DNA of 62,802 bases, filler included, from Choristocarpus tenellus KU-1152 (lineage: Eukaryota > Protista > Phaeophyceae): assembly GCA_964200185.2 (NCBI GenBank). It is 11 parts of 11 records of this genome, joined end to end, with 100 filler letters (N's around TTAATTAATTAA, not from the genome) between each part and the next. Parts side by side here need not be neighbours in the genome. Positions count along the whole stretch, not along the records: positions 47,999 to 58,311 come from CAXNAD020002994.1; positions 58,412 to 62,802 come from CAXNAD020014770.1; 9 more parts are not named here. One strand, given 5' to 3'. Position 1 is the first letter of the stretch. Each line of letters starts with the position of its first letter. Positions 50,109 through 62,802 of the stretch are shown here, piece after piece. The translations under genes were made by a program, and so were the position numbers. The notes below the pieces were generated by a model. That model had not been told where the DNA came from. It worked only from the letters and a program-made list of their open reading frames with translations, and ran no database searches.

Positions 50109-53100
50109 ATGTATCAAGAGCTTACAGATACCAAAATACCGAGCGCGAAACTTGACCCACGACTTCCTTCAAAGCGTGTCGAGGAGGTGCACCTTTGACC
50201 ACCTCTGTGACCAGTTTGCATCTGGACGTAACTAAATTCATATCGACTTCTTCGTACATTTCTGTTCTTTGTTTAGGCAGATCAGCAGTTACCCTTCTCC
50301 CGGCAAGACCCAGCAGCGCGTTGACTACTTTACTGACAACTCCTCATACCTTCTTTTGCTTAATTTCAGGTCCTTCAATTGATTGGACATGGAAATTTCG
50401 CCAATGCCATGACATTGGCTGTGGGCTTGGTTGAGGCAACAGATGGTATAGAGATCACCCTGTTGAGTTACCTCGCCCCCTGCGTGGCGGCAGAGTGGGA
50501 CCTCACCAGCTTCGAGCAGGGACTTTTGACTGCCAGTGTCTTCGCAGGAGAACTGGTGAGATTTGTCCCAGCCAAAGTTAGGTGATGCATGTGCCGTATG
50601 CCATGGTTGTACATGAATCTCCGGATAGATATCAAATCCACGTCTATCAGGGTTCCTATTTTCGAGGAACAAAGTACGTTAGCTGAGGTAGGTGGTACCG
50701 ATTCGTGCGTCCCCCAATCCTGTAAGCAGGAACTGTTTGGTCCTCAGGGTGATATGAGAGCGACTCGCCAATTACTCGGCGATGACTTCACGCAAGATCC
50801 TTTTTCGTGAAAACAAAGAATGAAACGAGGGGGATACTACTATATCAGTTCCACGTTTCATACTACATCGTCCTTCAATGGGTACACACGCCTCATTTAA
50901 TTCAGGTCGGTGCTCTAGCTCTGGGCGTTGTCAGTGATCTCTACGGCAGGCGAACCGCATTTCTCATCGCAACACTCCTGGTGACGATTTTTGGCTTGCT
51001 CACAGCAGCAGCTCCCTCTTATGCGTGGTTGATTGGGTTTCGCAGCTTGGTAGGAGTTGGAGCAGGTGGAATGGAGGTTCCATTTGACCTTTTGAGTGAG
51101 GTGGTGCCGGCACTCGATAGGGCCAGGTGAGAAGGCTTTGGGTTTCAAGGTTATTGAGAAGGGAACTTGCCAGTGACGGCTAGGAAGTAATGATGCGCGT
51201 TTTCAGAGATTGTTAGATGTCGACTGACTGATAGGACAAGCGCTGCATTCAAGCACAAACAAATTTATTCATACCATTTCTGCAACAATCTCATGAGAGA
51301 ATGAGTTTCTTCAATGTAAATCATTTACTTGACCAAGGACAGTTGTTTTCAGGATGAGGGCCAACTCTGGTTTTCGATGGAGGCATGTGTCCCATTTTGT
51401 AAAACAAGCTATGTATGTATATATGTGGCATCTCTCTTGCCTGCACAGAGTGGGATGTAGCTTTTGGACTAGGTCACAGCACCAACAGTCACAGTGACTT
51501 CTCCATTTGTTTCTATCCTAAAACCTCAATGCTATGAATTGTGCTTGTCATTGTGCAATTTTGAAATGTAGTTCTATTGGTTTCATTCACTCTGTTGTAC
51601 CGAGTGTTTGATTCTCCTTGAAATTGGGTAGTCATAGCGAGGCTCTGCCCCTGTAGCAGGTTTCTCTTTCTCACCTACTCTCTTACCCCTCTCTCTTTTT
51701 CTTTCAATTTAAACATTATTTCGAGTACAATATCAACTTGCGTTGACTTGCTCCCCGGGACCTTTGGTACTTGTTTGCTACCCTAATACACTCACATGCT
51801 TGCAGTGTTCTGCTGAGGGTCCAAGTGATGTGGGCTGTGGGATCTATTTTCATGGGGTCGGTGGCATGGATTGTGCTGGGAATGGGTCAGTCCTGGCGCA
51901 TTCTTGCTCTTGTGGCTGCCTTTCCGTCTTTCACAGTACTCTGCTGCTTCACCTACATCCCAGAGTCCCCCCGGTGGCTGCTTGCCAATAAACGACCTCA
52001 GGAGGCCAAAAATGTCCTTCTGCTGGCGGCATCGTACAACAATGTTGAACTCGACGATTTTGAGTTGCTTCCCTACGAGGCAAGTTGATTCTATTGGGAT
52101 ATTTTTGAATGCAGACTCACGGGAAACCAGTAAGGTTTTGGGCTCAGTTGAGGGTGAAATGGGTTGCTCTAGCTACTTGGGGATTGGACAAGGTTGTCAC
52201 AACTTCTTGTGTATAATCTCTGACGGTGTTGATTTGACACCCCTATAACCCTAACCCTGATTTGGGTTCTACGGTACTATAAGCAGACAGGTATTAGCAG
52301 CCTCAGGGAAAAACATAGTGAACATATGTATGTGTGTATGTGTGTGTGTGTGTTTACTATTGTAAAGAATGTACGGCAATCCCTAACACTTATCCATCGC
52401 AATTCGTGTATAGTCTGCCAAGGATCAGATTACATTTTTTCCCTGACACAATTCCCATTCATCTGTCATGCCCATCCCAACTGCCTTGCCTTCCTCCAAT
52501 GCATTCTTTACCTCAGATGACAATCAAGGAAGGCAACTTTAGGGAGCTTTGGCAACGTCCTGAGCTGAGGCACGTCTCATTTATGTTATGGATTGTCTGG
52601 GCATCGTTTGGCTTTCAATATTGTGAGTATCGTTATTACACATTCATACTCTTGAATCAACAATATTGTAAGTATCGTTACTACACATTCATACTCTTGA
52701 CTCAACAATATTGTAAGTACTGTTACAATACATGCATGCTCTTGTCTCAACAATATTGTGAGTACTGTTACAATACATGCATGCTCTTGACTCAACAATA
52801 TTATGAGTACTGTTAGAACACATACATACTCTGGACTCAACGATGTTGTGAGTACTGTTAGAACACACATACATACTCTTGACTCAACAATATTGTGAAT
52901 ACTGTTAGAACACATACATACTCTTGACTCAACAATATTGTGAGTACTGTTAGAACACATACATGCTCTTGACTCAACAATATTGTGGGTACTGTTAGAA
53001 CACACATACATACTCTGGACTCAACGATGTTGTGAATACTGTTAGAACACATACATACTCTTGACTCAACAATATTGTGGGTACTGTTACAACACTTGAC

Positions 53101-55435
53101 TCAACAATATTGTGAGTATTGTTAGAACACATACATACTCTTGACTCAACAATATTGTGAGTACCTTTACAGCACATATATGCTCTTGACTCAACAATAT
53201 TGTGGGTACTGTTACAACACATATATGCTCTTGACTCAACAATATTGTGAGTACCTTTACAGCACATACATGCTCTTGACTCAACAATATTGTGGGTACT
53301 GTTACAACACATACATGCTCTTGACTCAACAATATTGTGGGTACTGTTGCAACACATACATACTCTGGACTCTCAACAATATTGTGGTACTGTTACAACA
53401 CATACATACTCTTGACTCAACAATATTGTGAGTACTGTTACAACACATACATGCTCTTGACTCAACAATATTGTGGGTACTGTTACAACACATACATACT
53501 CTGGACTCAACGATATTGTGAGTATTGTTAGAACACACATACATACTCTTGACTCAACAATATTGTGAATACTGTTAGAACACATACATACTCTTGAACC
53601 TACATTCCACAACTCCCTTTGACCTATTTCCCACCTCCAAATCTCACCATGGCCCTAACTGAGTACTTTCCCCCATGCTCATTCTGAACTCTTCTTGAAC
53701 CGAGCAGATGGAGTCATCCTGCTTGGGGCATCTATCTTGGGCAGTAAAGACTCTTGTCAATTTGACAACATTCTTCTGTTCTTTGTCACCGGAAGTGAAC
53801 TGGTTGCCTACATTGTGTCTGAGATGTATTCAAACCGTATAGGCAGACGTGAGAACATTATAGGGAGCTTACTCCTTGCAGGGATTGCATCCTTGCTTAT
53901 GCCTCTTGAGTTGGGCTTGACCTGGATGACGTTCTTTGCATTTTTGGGGAGGGGGGCCGGCTTCCTGGGTGGAGTCTTCGCATGGATCATAACGTGAGAT
54001 GAAGTGAACCCCCTAGTGTTTTGTTACCAGTGTGGAGATTAGCGGGTGTACTTGGTCCTTCCATGTATGTTACATACTTTGGGTGTATGGGACTGGTGCT
54101 GTACAGGTGGCCGACTTCGCTCTGGACAAATTGGACGAGTGTAAGAAGTGGATGAATATGTGCAAAAAAAATTACGTTTTTTTTCTCGTTTACATTGATT
54201 TTCCCAACTGTTGCATGCAAATTTGTGGCAAAGGATACGACAAGCGCTTTGCTGCCGTGTTCTATTCTGAGCTTCTGTGAAGAGGCCATTAGCGGTCTCG
54301 TCTTGTTCTGTTTTTCACTAACTGAATGGAATTGAATCCTTTTCGCTCCCTTGCCCCTAGACAGCAGTGAAGATCATAGGCAACGCCAAGAACTTTAATC
54401 TTTCACAGTAGACTTAGAGTAGCAATGTTTGACGTTTTAATTGACTTTGCCCGTCCTCTTTTACACACTGTTCAGGCCAGAGCTCTACCCAACAGAAATC
54501 CGTTCTACTGGTCATGCTGCATGCAACGCCTTCGCACGTGTGGGTGCAGTTGGAGCCTCTTTTTGGGTGTCCTCTACTGTGCCGGCAGAGGGCATTGGGG
54601 TGCTGCTGCTCGGAATTGGGGTTTTGGGCATGCTTGCCACACTGGTGAGAACTGCTCGATCATCCCCACTCTCAAGTTTTTTTTTTTTTTCTTCTTAGTG
54701 TTATACATAGAAGCCAATAGATGACATACAGTTCGAAAAGGGCTTACATGTTTTTTTAGCTTTATACTTTCGGGAGGCTTTGACAGGTGTAGTTACTGGA
54801 ATTGTGAAATCCCTATTGTTCGTTTGCTAAATAAATGTCTGATGGTCTGAATTTTGGGTTATTTGCTTCAGGGTGTAGGGTGTGTCTTTTCTTTTGTCCT
54901 TTGCCCCACCACACTATCACGTCTGTAGTTTTGTACCCTCCTCAGATTTGATAGGTCGCACAGTGTTTGTAAATTAATCCTTTTCTTGTGTAAAGGTAAC
55001 CGTCAGTAGCAGAGCACACGCTCTCTGCCGGTGTAGCAGAAATAGGTTGTGTTTCTGCGACATTTTAGTAACCGATCTTGATTGTTGATTGTTGATTAAC
55101 ATTAGACCAAGAAAAGTGTACAAGGCATTGATATCTCACCCTCCATCCATGCATCAACACATTTTGCCTTTCACTGACCAAATGTCCACATCCTCTTCCC
55201 TCTGTTCCAATCATGTATGTCCCACCCTTCCCGATGGTATGACTGTATCTCCAAGGCCTTACCTGAAACTCGGAACGAGGAGCTCGATCAGAGAAGTGTT
55301 GTTGTTATGCCGGAGGAACTCCAGCCTCAAAGACCGGATTTTGCTATAGTTGGGCAGAAGGATGGGACTACTGAGACCGTTGGGTCTGACTCTGTGTTAT
55401 CATCCCCATCCTATGGCACCTCTGCAATGTTGTAG
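50109..55435 (+). CDS. SV2/SVOP-like MFS transporter, complete, 8 exons, 499 aa (50109-50186, 50370-50555, 50906-51126, 51806-52079, 52517-52622, 53708-53993, 54476-54644, 55256-55435)
   Basis: All phases compatible, 1500 nt total; motifs DGIE, SDLYGRR, PESPRWL, YYG, PELYPTEIRSTG, LPET. Confidence 0.92.
52616..53596 (+). repeat. 45-bp minisatellite (about 21-22 units) starting at the exon 5 / intron 5 junction
   Basis: Unit CAACAATATTGTGAGTACTGTTAGAACACATACATACTCTTGACT, with a few 47-bp and shorter variants. Confidence 0.96.
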
Positions 55436-56937
55436 AGGTTACGTTTCTGCCTATGGTACATCGGTGCTCTACAAGGAAAAATAACCATCTTATCTCTCTC
55501 TCTCTCTCTGGATTAGCTTTAGTTCATTTGTGGTGTCTTCTTGGAGTAGAAGTAGAGTGCATTGGAGAGACATTGCATTGGCCAGTTTGTCACTGACTCA
55601 ACACAAGCTATACCTACAGATGTGCCATGTATTGAATGCACTCTCCCCACTCCTTAGGAGGAGTTTGTGGCATACATTTATTGCTTATGTCTATTTTCTC
55701 TACCCTACACCCAACTGGTAAGAAGAAGACCATGTATGTACTGTTCCTCACAAGTTCTTTAGTCCCCTTCTTAAAGTGCGTTTTCTGTCAAAATTCATGG
55801 GTGAGATATGACAAGAACCCTTCATGATGCACAAAACATATTTCCAGAGTCATTGTCATTTTTTTCACTTTGTATTTATTGTCAGAGTGCAATACCGGCA
55901 TTGTCCATCAGAAATTTCATTGACAAAATGTCTTGGGCAGAGACAGTGCCGGTATGCTTGAGAGGTTGTATCATTCCCCTTCTTTTCTACTTTTCCACGT
56001 GTGAATATTTTTAGTTTGAGATGTCAAAAAATTATAACAAGTACCTTAGTCTTTTCGGATTAATATTTTTGCTTGTTTTGGGATTTTTTGCTGGAAAATG
56101 CAATACTTCCTCAAAAGACGCGTGTATTTTTTGTTGTTAATTAAGAACAGTCATTGCACTAGAAAAAAGCCATGATCCATAGTATTTATTACTGTAGTTA
56201 TGGACAACACGAAGTAGATACTTCCTTGGCTGTCTTCCTGCAGCTTTGCAATTAGTCCAGATGCTAGAGTAAGATACACCAATAATATACATAATTGAAT
56301 GTACTAATGTGAATGACCTATATCTCTTTGTGGAGATATGCAATCCAAGGCCACATCAAATTCCACTTGACCCAAGTCAAACCCACTGTGAAGAACCCAC
56401 AACATAACTTTTATCATAATCTGTTTCAACTCTACTGTCCCTTCAGATCAACTCCAAATTGTATTTGATCTTCACAGCTGTCACATTCTCACTATTCAGT
56501 GGAGATGAGATTCCAAGGATTATCCATATTTTATCAAGCACCAACTGGTTGGCATAAAATAGAATTATCTACATTTACATGCACTGGCTTGATCATTAAG
56601 GGACAATACCTTGAGGAGGTGTATGGCGGAGAAACTTTGCTGTGGGTGTGTCCCATTATATGCCTCAAACAATAAAACCCATGCGAGCATCTAAGATGAT
56701 TTGACCTGTGTCTCCATTTCATCCATCTCTTCCTATTTTGCAAGGATGCCCAAGCAAGTGGTAACTGGTCTCCACCCTGCATAATCAAACTACATGCATT
56801 GACCCACCCCAACATGGATGGCAGCTAATATACGTGCACATACACAATCCACTTGGTCAACATATCAAAGTCAAGATGACTTGAGGAATACTGAAGGAAA
56901 TATTGCCTCTCATGGCTTTAATTTCAAGTACGGCAAT

Positions 56938-57847
<910 letters not shown>

Positions 57848-58111
57848 CCGAACTTTTATTGACTAGAGTTGAGAGACTGATCCTGAAACAAGGTCTTCCT
57901 AATCGTTTTGTGTATCCCAGGGTTTGAAATTTGGAGGGCAAGGGGAGGCGACGCCTCCCAGCATTCTCTATATTATTATTATTTTAATACTCAATATTTT
58001 GAGTTGTTAATCTCTCTCATCTACGATTTACAATCATTTTATTATTTTGCCCTCTGACATTTTACAGATGTGTCAGACGGGAAACCAATGAAAACTATCC
58101 ACATGTCAGTA

Positions 58112-58311
58112 CAGTAGGTACCCCGATTTTGTTCACCCATAGGTATGCCCGAAAAAAGCGGTACAGAATTGATGTTGTACAATATCGTTCTTGTAGTAAC
58201 TAATCGTGGTTAGCTGGGAAATCAATCGTCGAAGGGACCAATTAATCGTGGCGAGCTGGGAAATCAATCATGGAAGCGACTAATTAATCGTGGTGAGCTG
58301 GGAAATCATTC
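58112..58311. mobile_element. pogo-like element end with 42-bp tandem repeats (58201-58311)
   Basis: TA|CAGTAGG terminus as at 49427; TAATCGTGG..AGCTGGGAAATCA at 58201, 58243, 58285. Confidence 0.55.
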
Positions 58312-58679
58312 NNNNNNNNNNNNNNNNNNNNNNNNNNNNNNNNNNNNNNNNNNNNTTAATTAATTAANNNNNNNNNNNNNNNNNNNNNNNNNNNNNNNNN
58401 NNNNNNNNNNNTGGAGGTTAGATCCCCCCCTCCCGTGTCGGTTTAGGTCCCCCAATGAGGAGGAAAAGGGGGGGTCACAGGATACGCAAATATATTAGAA
58501 ACACACATTCTTCAAACATAAAGTATCAAGGCAGAAGGATATGGAATTGGTCGTGCTCGCATGCAGCAGGTGCAAGAGTTACTAACACATTCCATACCTC
58601 CTTCACACCCCACATCCTGAGGTCTACTCCCTACTGCCCTCCAGTCTATCACCCCTGTCCTTCAAGTCTCTGCCCTCAC

Positions 58680-59722
58680 CGCCAAGATGCCAACACATCC
58701 CAGGAACTTGGAAAACTCAAACACAGTCTTTATTGCCACGCCCAGGCCTGATAGGCCATGCGCTCCACTCCTCTCGTATCCCAACGTTACAGTGTTCACC
58801 AAGAAGACGGTGATCCCCTGATTCAGGAATAGAAGAGGGGGGGTAGGGTAGGAGGAGTCGGGGAGTGTAGCACAAAGCATGTACCATCAACTAAGCCCGG
58901 AAGTGCTTCAGGGGTGTGGGACAGGGCAGGGTTGTAGGCCGGTGGACATTGTTGAAAAGAGCCAGTTAAAGCAAAGAACCAAAGCAAGAACCAAAGCCTG
59001 ACGTCTATAGATTCGAACGAATTTGCCAACCTCACGTAAGAGGAGGACTTCACACATCGCCTGTTTCATCACAACATCCCTGGCAGAACAGCACTCAACA
59101 TTCCTGCTGGTAAGGAGTGCACTAGCATTGAAGGGAAAAAGAAAGTAACAACGGAGAGAGCAGAGACCCAGTGCGTGTGATGGTGACTTGCATTAGAGGT
59201 TCATGTGTAACTTACGTTACGTTGTCGTGTCCTGCACTTCCCACGACACAGGGTGCTCATTTCAGGGTTGGGGGGGGGAACTGGGAGGGAAAAACGCAGC
59301 AGTCGTTGAAGAGAGGAATGACACCAGTGACTGGAAGACATTACTTAGCCAGTGTGTGAAGAAGCAGGGGCAGTTAAGGTAGGGTGGGCACGGGGGGGGG
59401 GTAGCTCACCACGACCGCAAATGTCATGAACAGGATGAAGTGGCGGTGATTGTTCTGGCCCACACAGTTGGCAACAAAGGGACAATGATGGTCAAATCGC
59501 AGCACACACTTGCCGCAAGTATCACAGTGCTTGGACCTTGGAATCTGTACGTTTCGTTGAGGGTGTGAGCAGACAATGAATCAGCACTAGAAAACCTCTC
59601 AAAAGCAAGCATTGCAAAATATGTGAGTGCACATGAAATGAGCTTGGGAATCAATAATCAAACCATTTAAATATATTTTAAAAGTCAGTGATCCAGTTGT
59701 GTGAGTGTGACCGTTCTTGAGG

Positions 59723-59757
<35 letters not shown>

Positions 59758-60446
59758 CCATCATAACCATCACCATCAGCTCTAGGGCCACTACATCATC
59801 CCAGCTAGGTGACTCAACTGTGTGACTCAACTGGATAAACAAGAACAACCGCAACTGAGGTGGACGACGATTCAAACCAACAGCTTCAAAAGGTCCTCTG
59901 CCAAACTGGGCTACGCGAGGGTGTGTTTGGGTCCAGCTAGAGGATTGAGACAAGTTGAACACATGCATACAAACCACAGTTAACCCTCCCTGCAATCTAC
60001 TCTACTGGACACTATAGATAATGCCATACACTCCCCTCCCTACAAACACACACAAACACACACACACACACACTGTAAGGCCGAAAACAACAGCAGCAAC
60101 AACAGCAGCAATAACACTGAAGGGGACTACTAAATGTCTCATGTTAGGGTCATGGTAGAACAGTACAGTACAAGAAGGTTACAATCAAGGGCAGAGCCAC
60201 GGCTTTAAAATTTCAAGGCAAAAAAGTTAGAACGGACCTGGGTGAGCAAAATTTTAAGGGACGTGGACACAGAAACAGTTGCCCTGGGGGGTTGGGGCTA
60301 CCAAGCAACACAATTCCCCAAACCTTCTCCACTAGACAGGTGGTGCACAGAGTGACATTGTTGAGGGTCCCTTCCGCCGCCAGTCTCTGGATGACCTCAG
60401 CCCTCATTGAGTCTTCGCCCTTTACAGATCCCGGGTCCGTCGTGAC
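58680..60446 (-). CDS. DHHC-type palmitoyl acyltransferase, partial (exons 60324-60446, 59410-59544, 58680-58817)
   Basis: Phase-0 exons join VTTDPG...LCTTCLVEK|[39 protein letters not shown]...|GITVFLV; the DHHC exon is missing from the ORF track. Confidence 0.93.
59723..59778. repeat. (CAT)n microsatellite in a DHHC intron
   Basis: Direct reading. Confidence 0.9.
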
Positions 60447-62506
60447 CTGTGCAGTAAGAAGAACATATATGAGAGAATAAAATAAAAATAAATTTCAAAT
60501 CGAGAATTGAGAGACTTAACCCTAAAACCAACCTACCAAGAAGCACTAAAAAAAAAAGTGTTGTGCTCTGCACGAACGCCTATTAACCCAGGCGCACAAT
60601 GGACCCTTTTGGGGAAGTTTCATCAAGTTGCAAACGAACTCTCCCCTCTTGTCACTGTCGCTGCATTCCACAAACCCTAACCCTAACCCTAACATGTTGC
60701 AAAGAACGCAGTCCAGAACGGGAGTCAGCCCTAAATAATTTCACATCCTTCGGGGCCACTTAACACCCAGTGAGTCTCTTTGCTCGCGGCTTTGCCCATA
60801 GGCCTACCACACAAAGCATGCAAACATCCAATCAATCAATCATCCTAGAGTCGAAGTCTCAAAGTCAATTCACAATTCCATGCAATAGGGGGAAGTGGGC
60901 AGGCACGCATTCTCCAAATAGACAGACGATATCACTAAGGGTCGCCAACAGGGCCCTCCTCAAGGTATAGCAGAGATTTGGGGCAGGCCATAATAATTAT
61001 GGGAGGAAACAAGAGCAAGAAAGCAGCAAAAGATAGCATTGATGTTGAATCGTGAACACCTATTATATGGTACAAAACAGCTTTTCCAACATATCGACAC
61101 CAGCAACAACACTACGATTCAAGACTTGTTCCGGGGCACATGGATCGTGCCTCTTCTTGCCTTTGAACAGGATTCAAACTTCGTTGTGTTATCCACTAGC
61201 CCACAAACAGCAGTGTATTAACCAAACAAAGGGCTGATTTTGCTCCGCAGGACAGTACACCCTACCCATACCTCCAGTCAATACAGCAATGAATCTCTCC
61301 TGACAAGGCCCTTTCAGTTGCATGGATTGTCTTAAACAAGAAGGAAAAAAACTTCGCAAGAGCTTTACACCAATACACACAAAAAAGGTATAAGTGCATT
61401 CGTAAGGTACACTCCTTTTTGTGCCCCGTACCCTTATGAACAGTGATTGACTATCAAGATATCATCAATACATATCAGAGCCCGCCTTGCATACCGTCAG
61501 CAATAACCCTAACCCTAACCCTAACCTTACTCCACCACTGTCACACATTTTTCTCCACAAGAAGGGCTGTACCCCATTTAAACAAACCTTCCCTCAACTG
61601 TCAGCCAAAACCCAAACACTAAACAGGCTGGCAAAATACTACGCAACAAGCACCTTCATGGCTGTGTCCACGGTAGTGCGCCTACCTCCTACAAGAGACA
61701 GCATACAAAATAAAAATTATCAGGGTGTGCAGCAACTTTATCCACAGTCCTTCACCGTACCGGAAATGGGGTGTGTAGGAGGTACACAACACCTCAGAAA
61801 ACATACAACACTTGTATAACACCCGCATAACACAACTCAACACTTCAGCCTTATGCGGGAGAGAGCGCAGGCTGGAACAACAGCCGGTATAGATCAATTG
61901 GCCCAAGTGTTTTCATAGAAAAAAGGACATCATCAGCAAAATGCTTGTCCAAGACTAAAGACATACACTCTCCCTCTTACCGTATTTTTTTTGGTTAACT
62001 CTCTTGATATATATTTTTTTCACCATCAACTGCTTCTCCTGCTCTACCCAATCGAGAACCAATGCATGAGATTTCATCCGGAATTGAGTAGAGAGTGGTC
62101 ACGGGTGTGCTGTTCTGGACAACACATATTCAAAGGGCAAAACAGACTCGAGCATTCGCTGGAAAACAGACACCATAGAGCAACCGGCACCGAGCTTTTC
62201 CCTGACAAAGGAAGATAAGCGCAAGCCCAGTCCTAGACAACCGACGTTGAAGAGAAAATTGAATCAGGCATTACATTGACAATAGACACCATAGAGCAAC
62301 AGGAAAAGCCAAAAACATCTCCGTGCTAACCGGCACTATAGAGCACATCAGCCCTAAATGTTGCCATGGGTAAAATGTACATCACGGAAATGTTGTAATA
62401 TGGTCGAGAGCGCATTCGAGGGTAGCTCCAACATTCAGCGTTGCGTTTTCCAGGATGTGCAGAAGTCAATACGCCTTCCATTAGGGGTTCGTTTGCGAAT
62501 TGAAGG

Positions 62507-62543
62507 TAGGGTTAGGGTTAGGGTTAGGATTAGGGTTAGGGTT
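62507..62543 (+). repeat. Interstitial (TTAGGG)n tract; others at about 14529, 18847, 26413, 35610, 52246, 60673, 61505
   Basis: 2-6 telomere-type hexamers per site, on both strands. Confidence 0.85.
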
Positions 62544-62802
62544 AAATATATAGGAGACAATACAACACAGTATGATCGATACTATCACACTGACTTTACT
62601 CTTTGGAGCACACAAATAGAAATGCCTGGATTGCTTGGGGAACAGCAATGCACCAAGGGAAAGTAAGAGACCCATAACAACACACTAATTCCTATTCCTC
62701 CCTGTTGCCTCATTCCTCCCCCCCCCCCCCCCTCTTCTTTTTTTTCTTTTCTCCCCACCTAAAAAGGGACCACAACGTAAACAAACCTGCCAAAAAAAAA
62801 CC

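Noticed and set aside
52616-53596. CRISPR-like array, and the Cys-rich repeat ORFs across it
   Set aside because: Units are contiguous with no unique spacers, there are no cas genes, and it lies in a spliceosomal intron; the ORFs are by-products of the repeat.
58880-59110. Extra DHHC exon
   Set aside because: No phase-compatible stop-free exon; 59410 joins cleanly to 58817.
62507-62543. True chromosome end
   Set aside because: The tract is short and flanked by unique sequence on both sides.

Overview
The window is not one continuous locus. It is 11 eukaryotic contigs joined by artificial 100-nt spacers (44 N + TTAATTAATTAA + 44 N). GT-AG introns of 0.2-1 kb, short (TTAGGG)n tracts, a stramenopile-type histone H3.3 and retroelement relics like those of brown algae suggest an ochrophyte alga, probably brown algal or PX clade (inference). 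Five host genes could be rebuilt exon by exon. Two are complete: an 8-exon SV2/SVOP-like MFS transporter (50109-55435, +) and a 3-exon histone H3.3-like gene (56938-57847, -). Three are partial: a divergent indole-3-glycerol-phosphate-synthase-like gene, a DHHC palmitoyltransferase and a PH-domain protein. Most remaining sequence is decayed mobile DNA: nested Tc1/mariner (DD39D, Stowaway-type TIR) elements, a pogo element, a Sola2-type transposase relic, a prolific MITE family with CAAAGTATCT ends, an hAT-like element, and RTE, CRE and copia fragments, plus many tandem repeats. The most unusual features are (1) a 45-bp minisatellite that grew out of an exon/intron junction and carries a ladder of in-frame 5' splice sites, (2) an IGPS-fold gene lacking key catalytic and phosphate-binding residues, and (3) recurrent Ulp1-like protease relics. 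No CRISPR array, rRNA or tRNA is supported. All family assignments come from motif recognition by eye, not from database searches.
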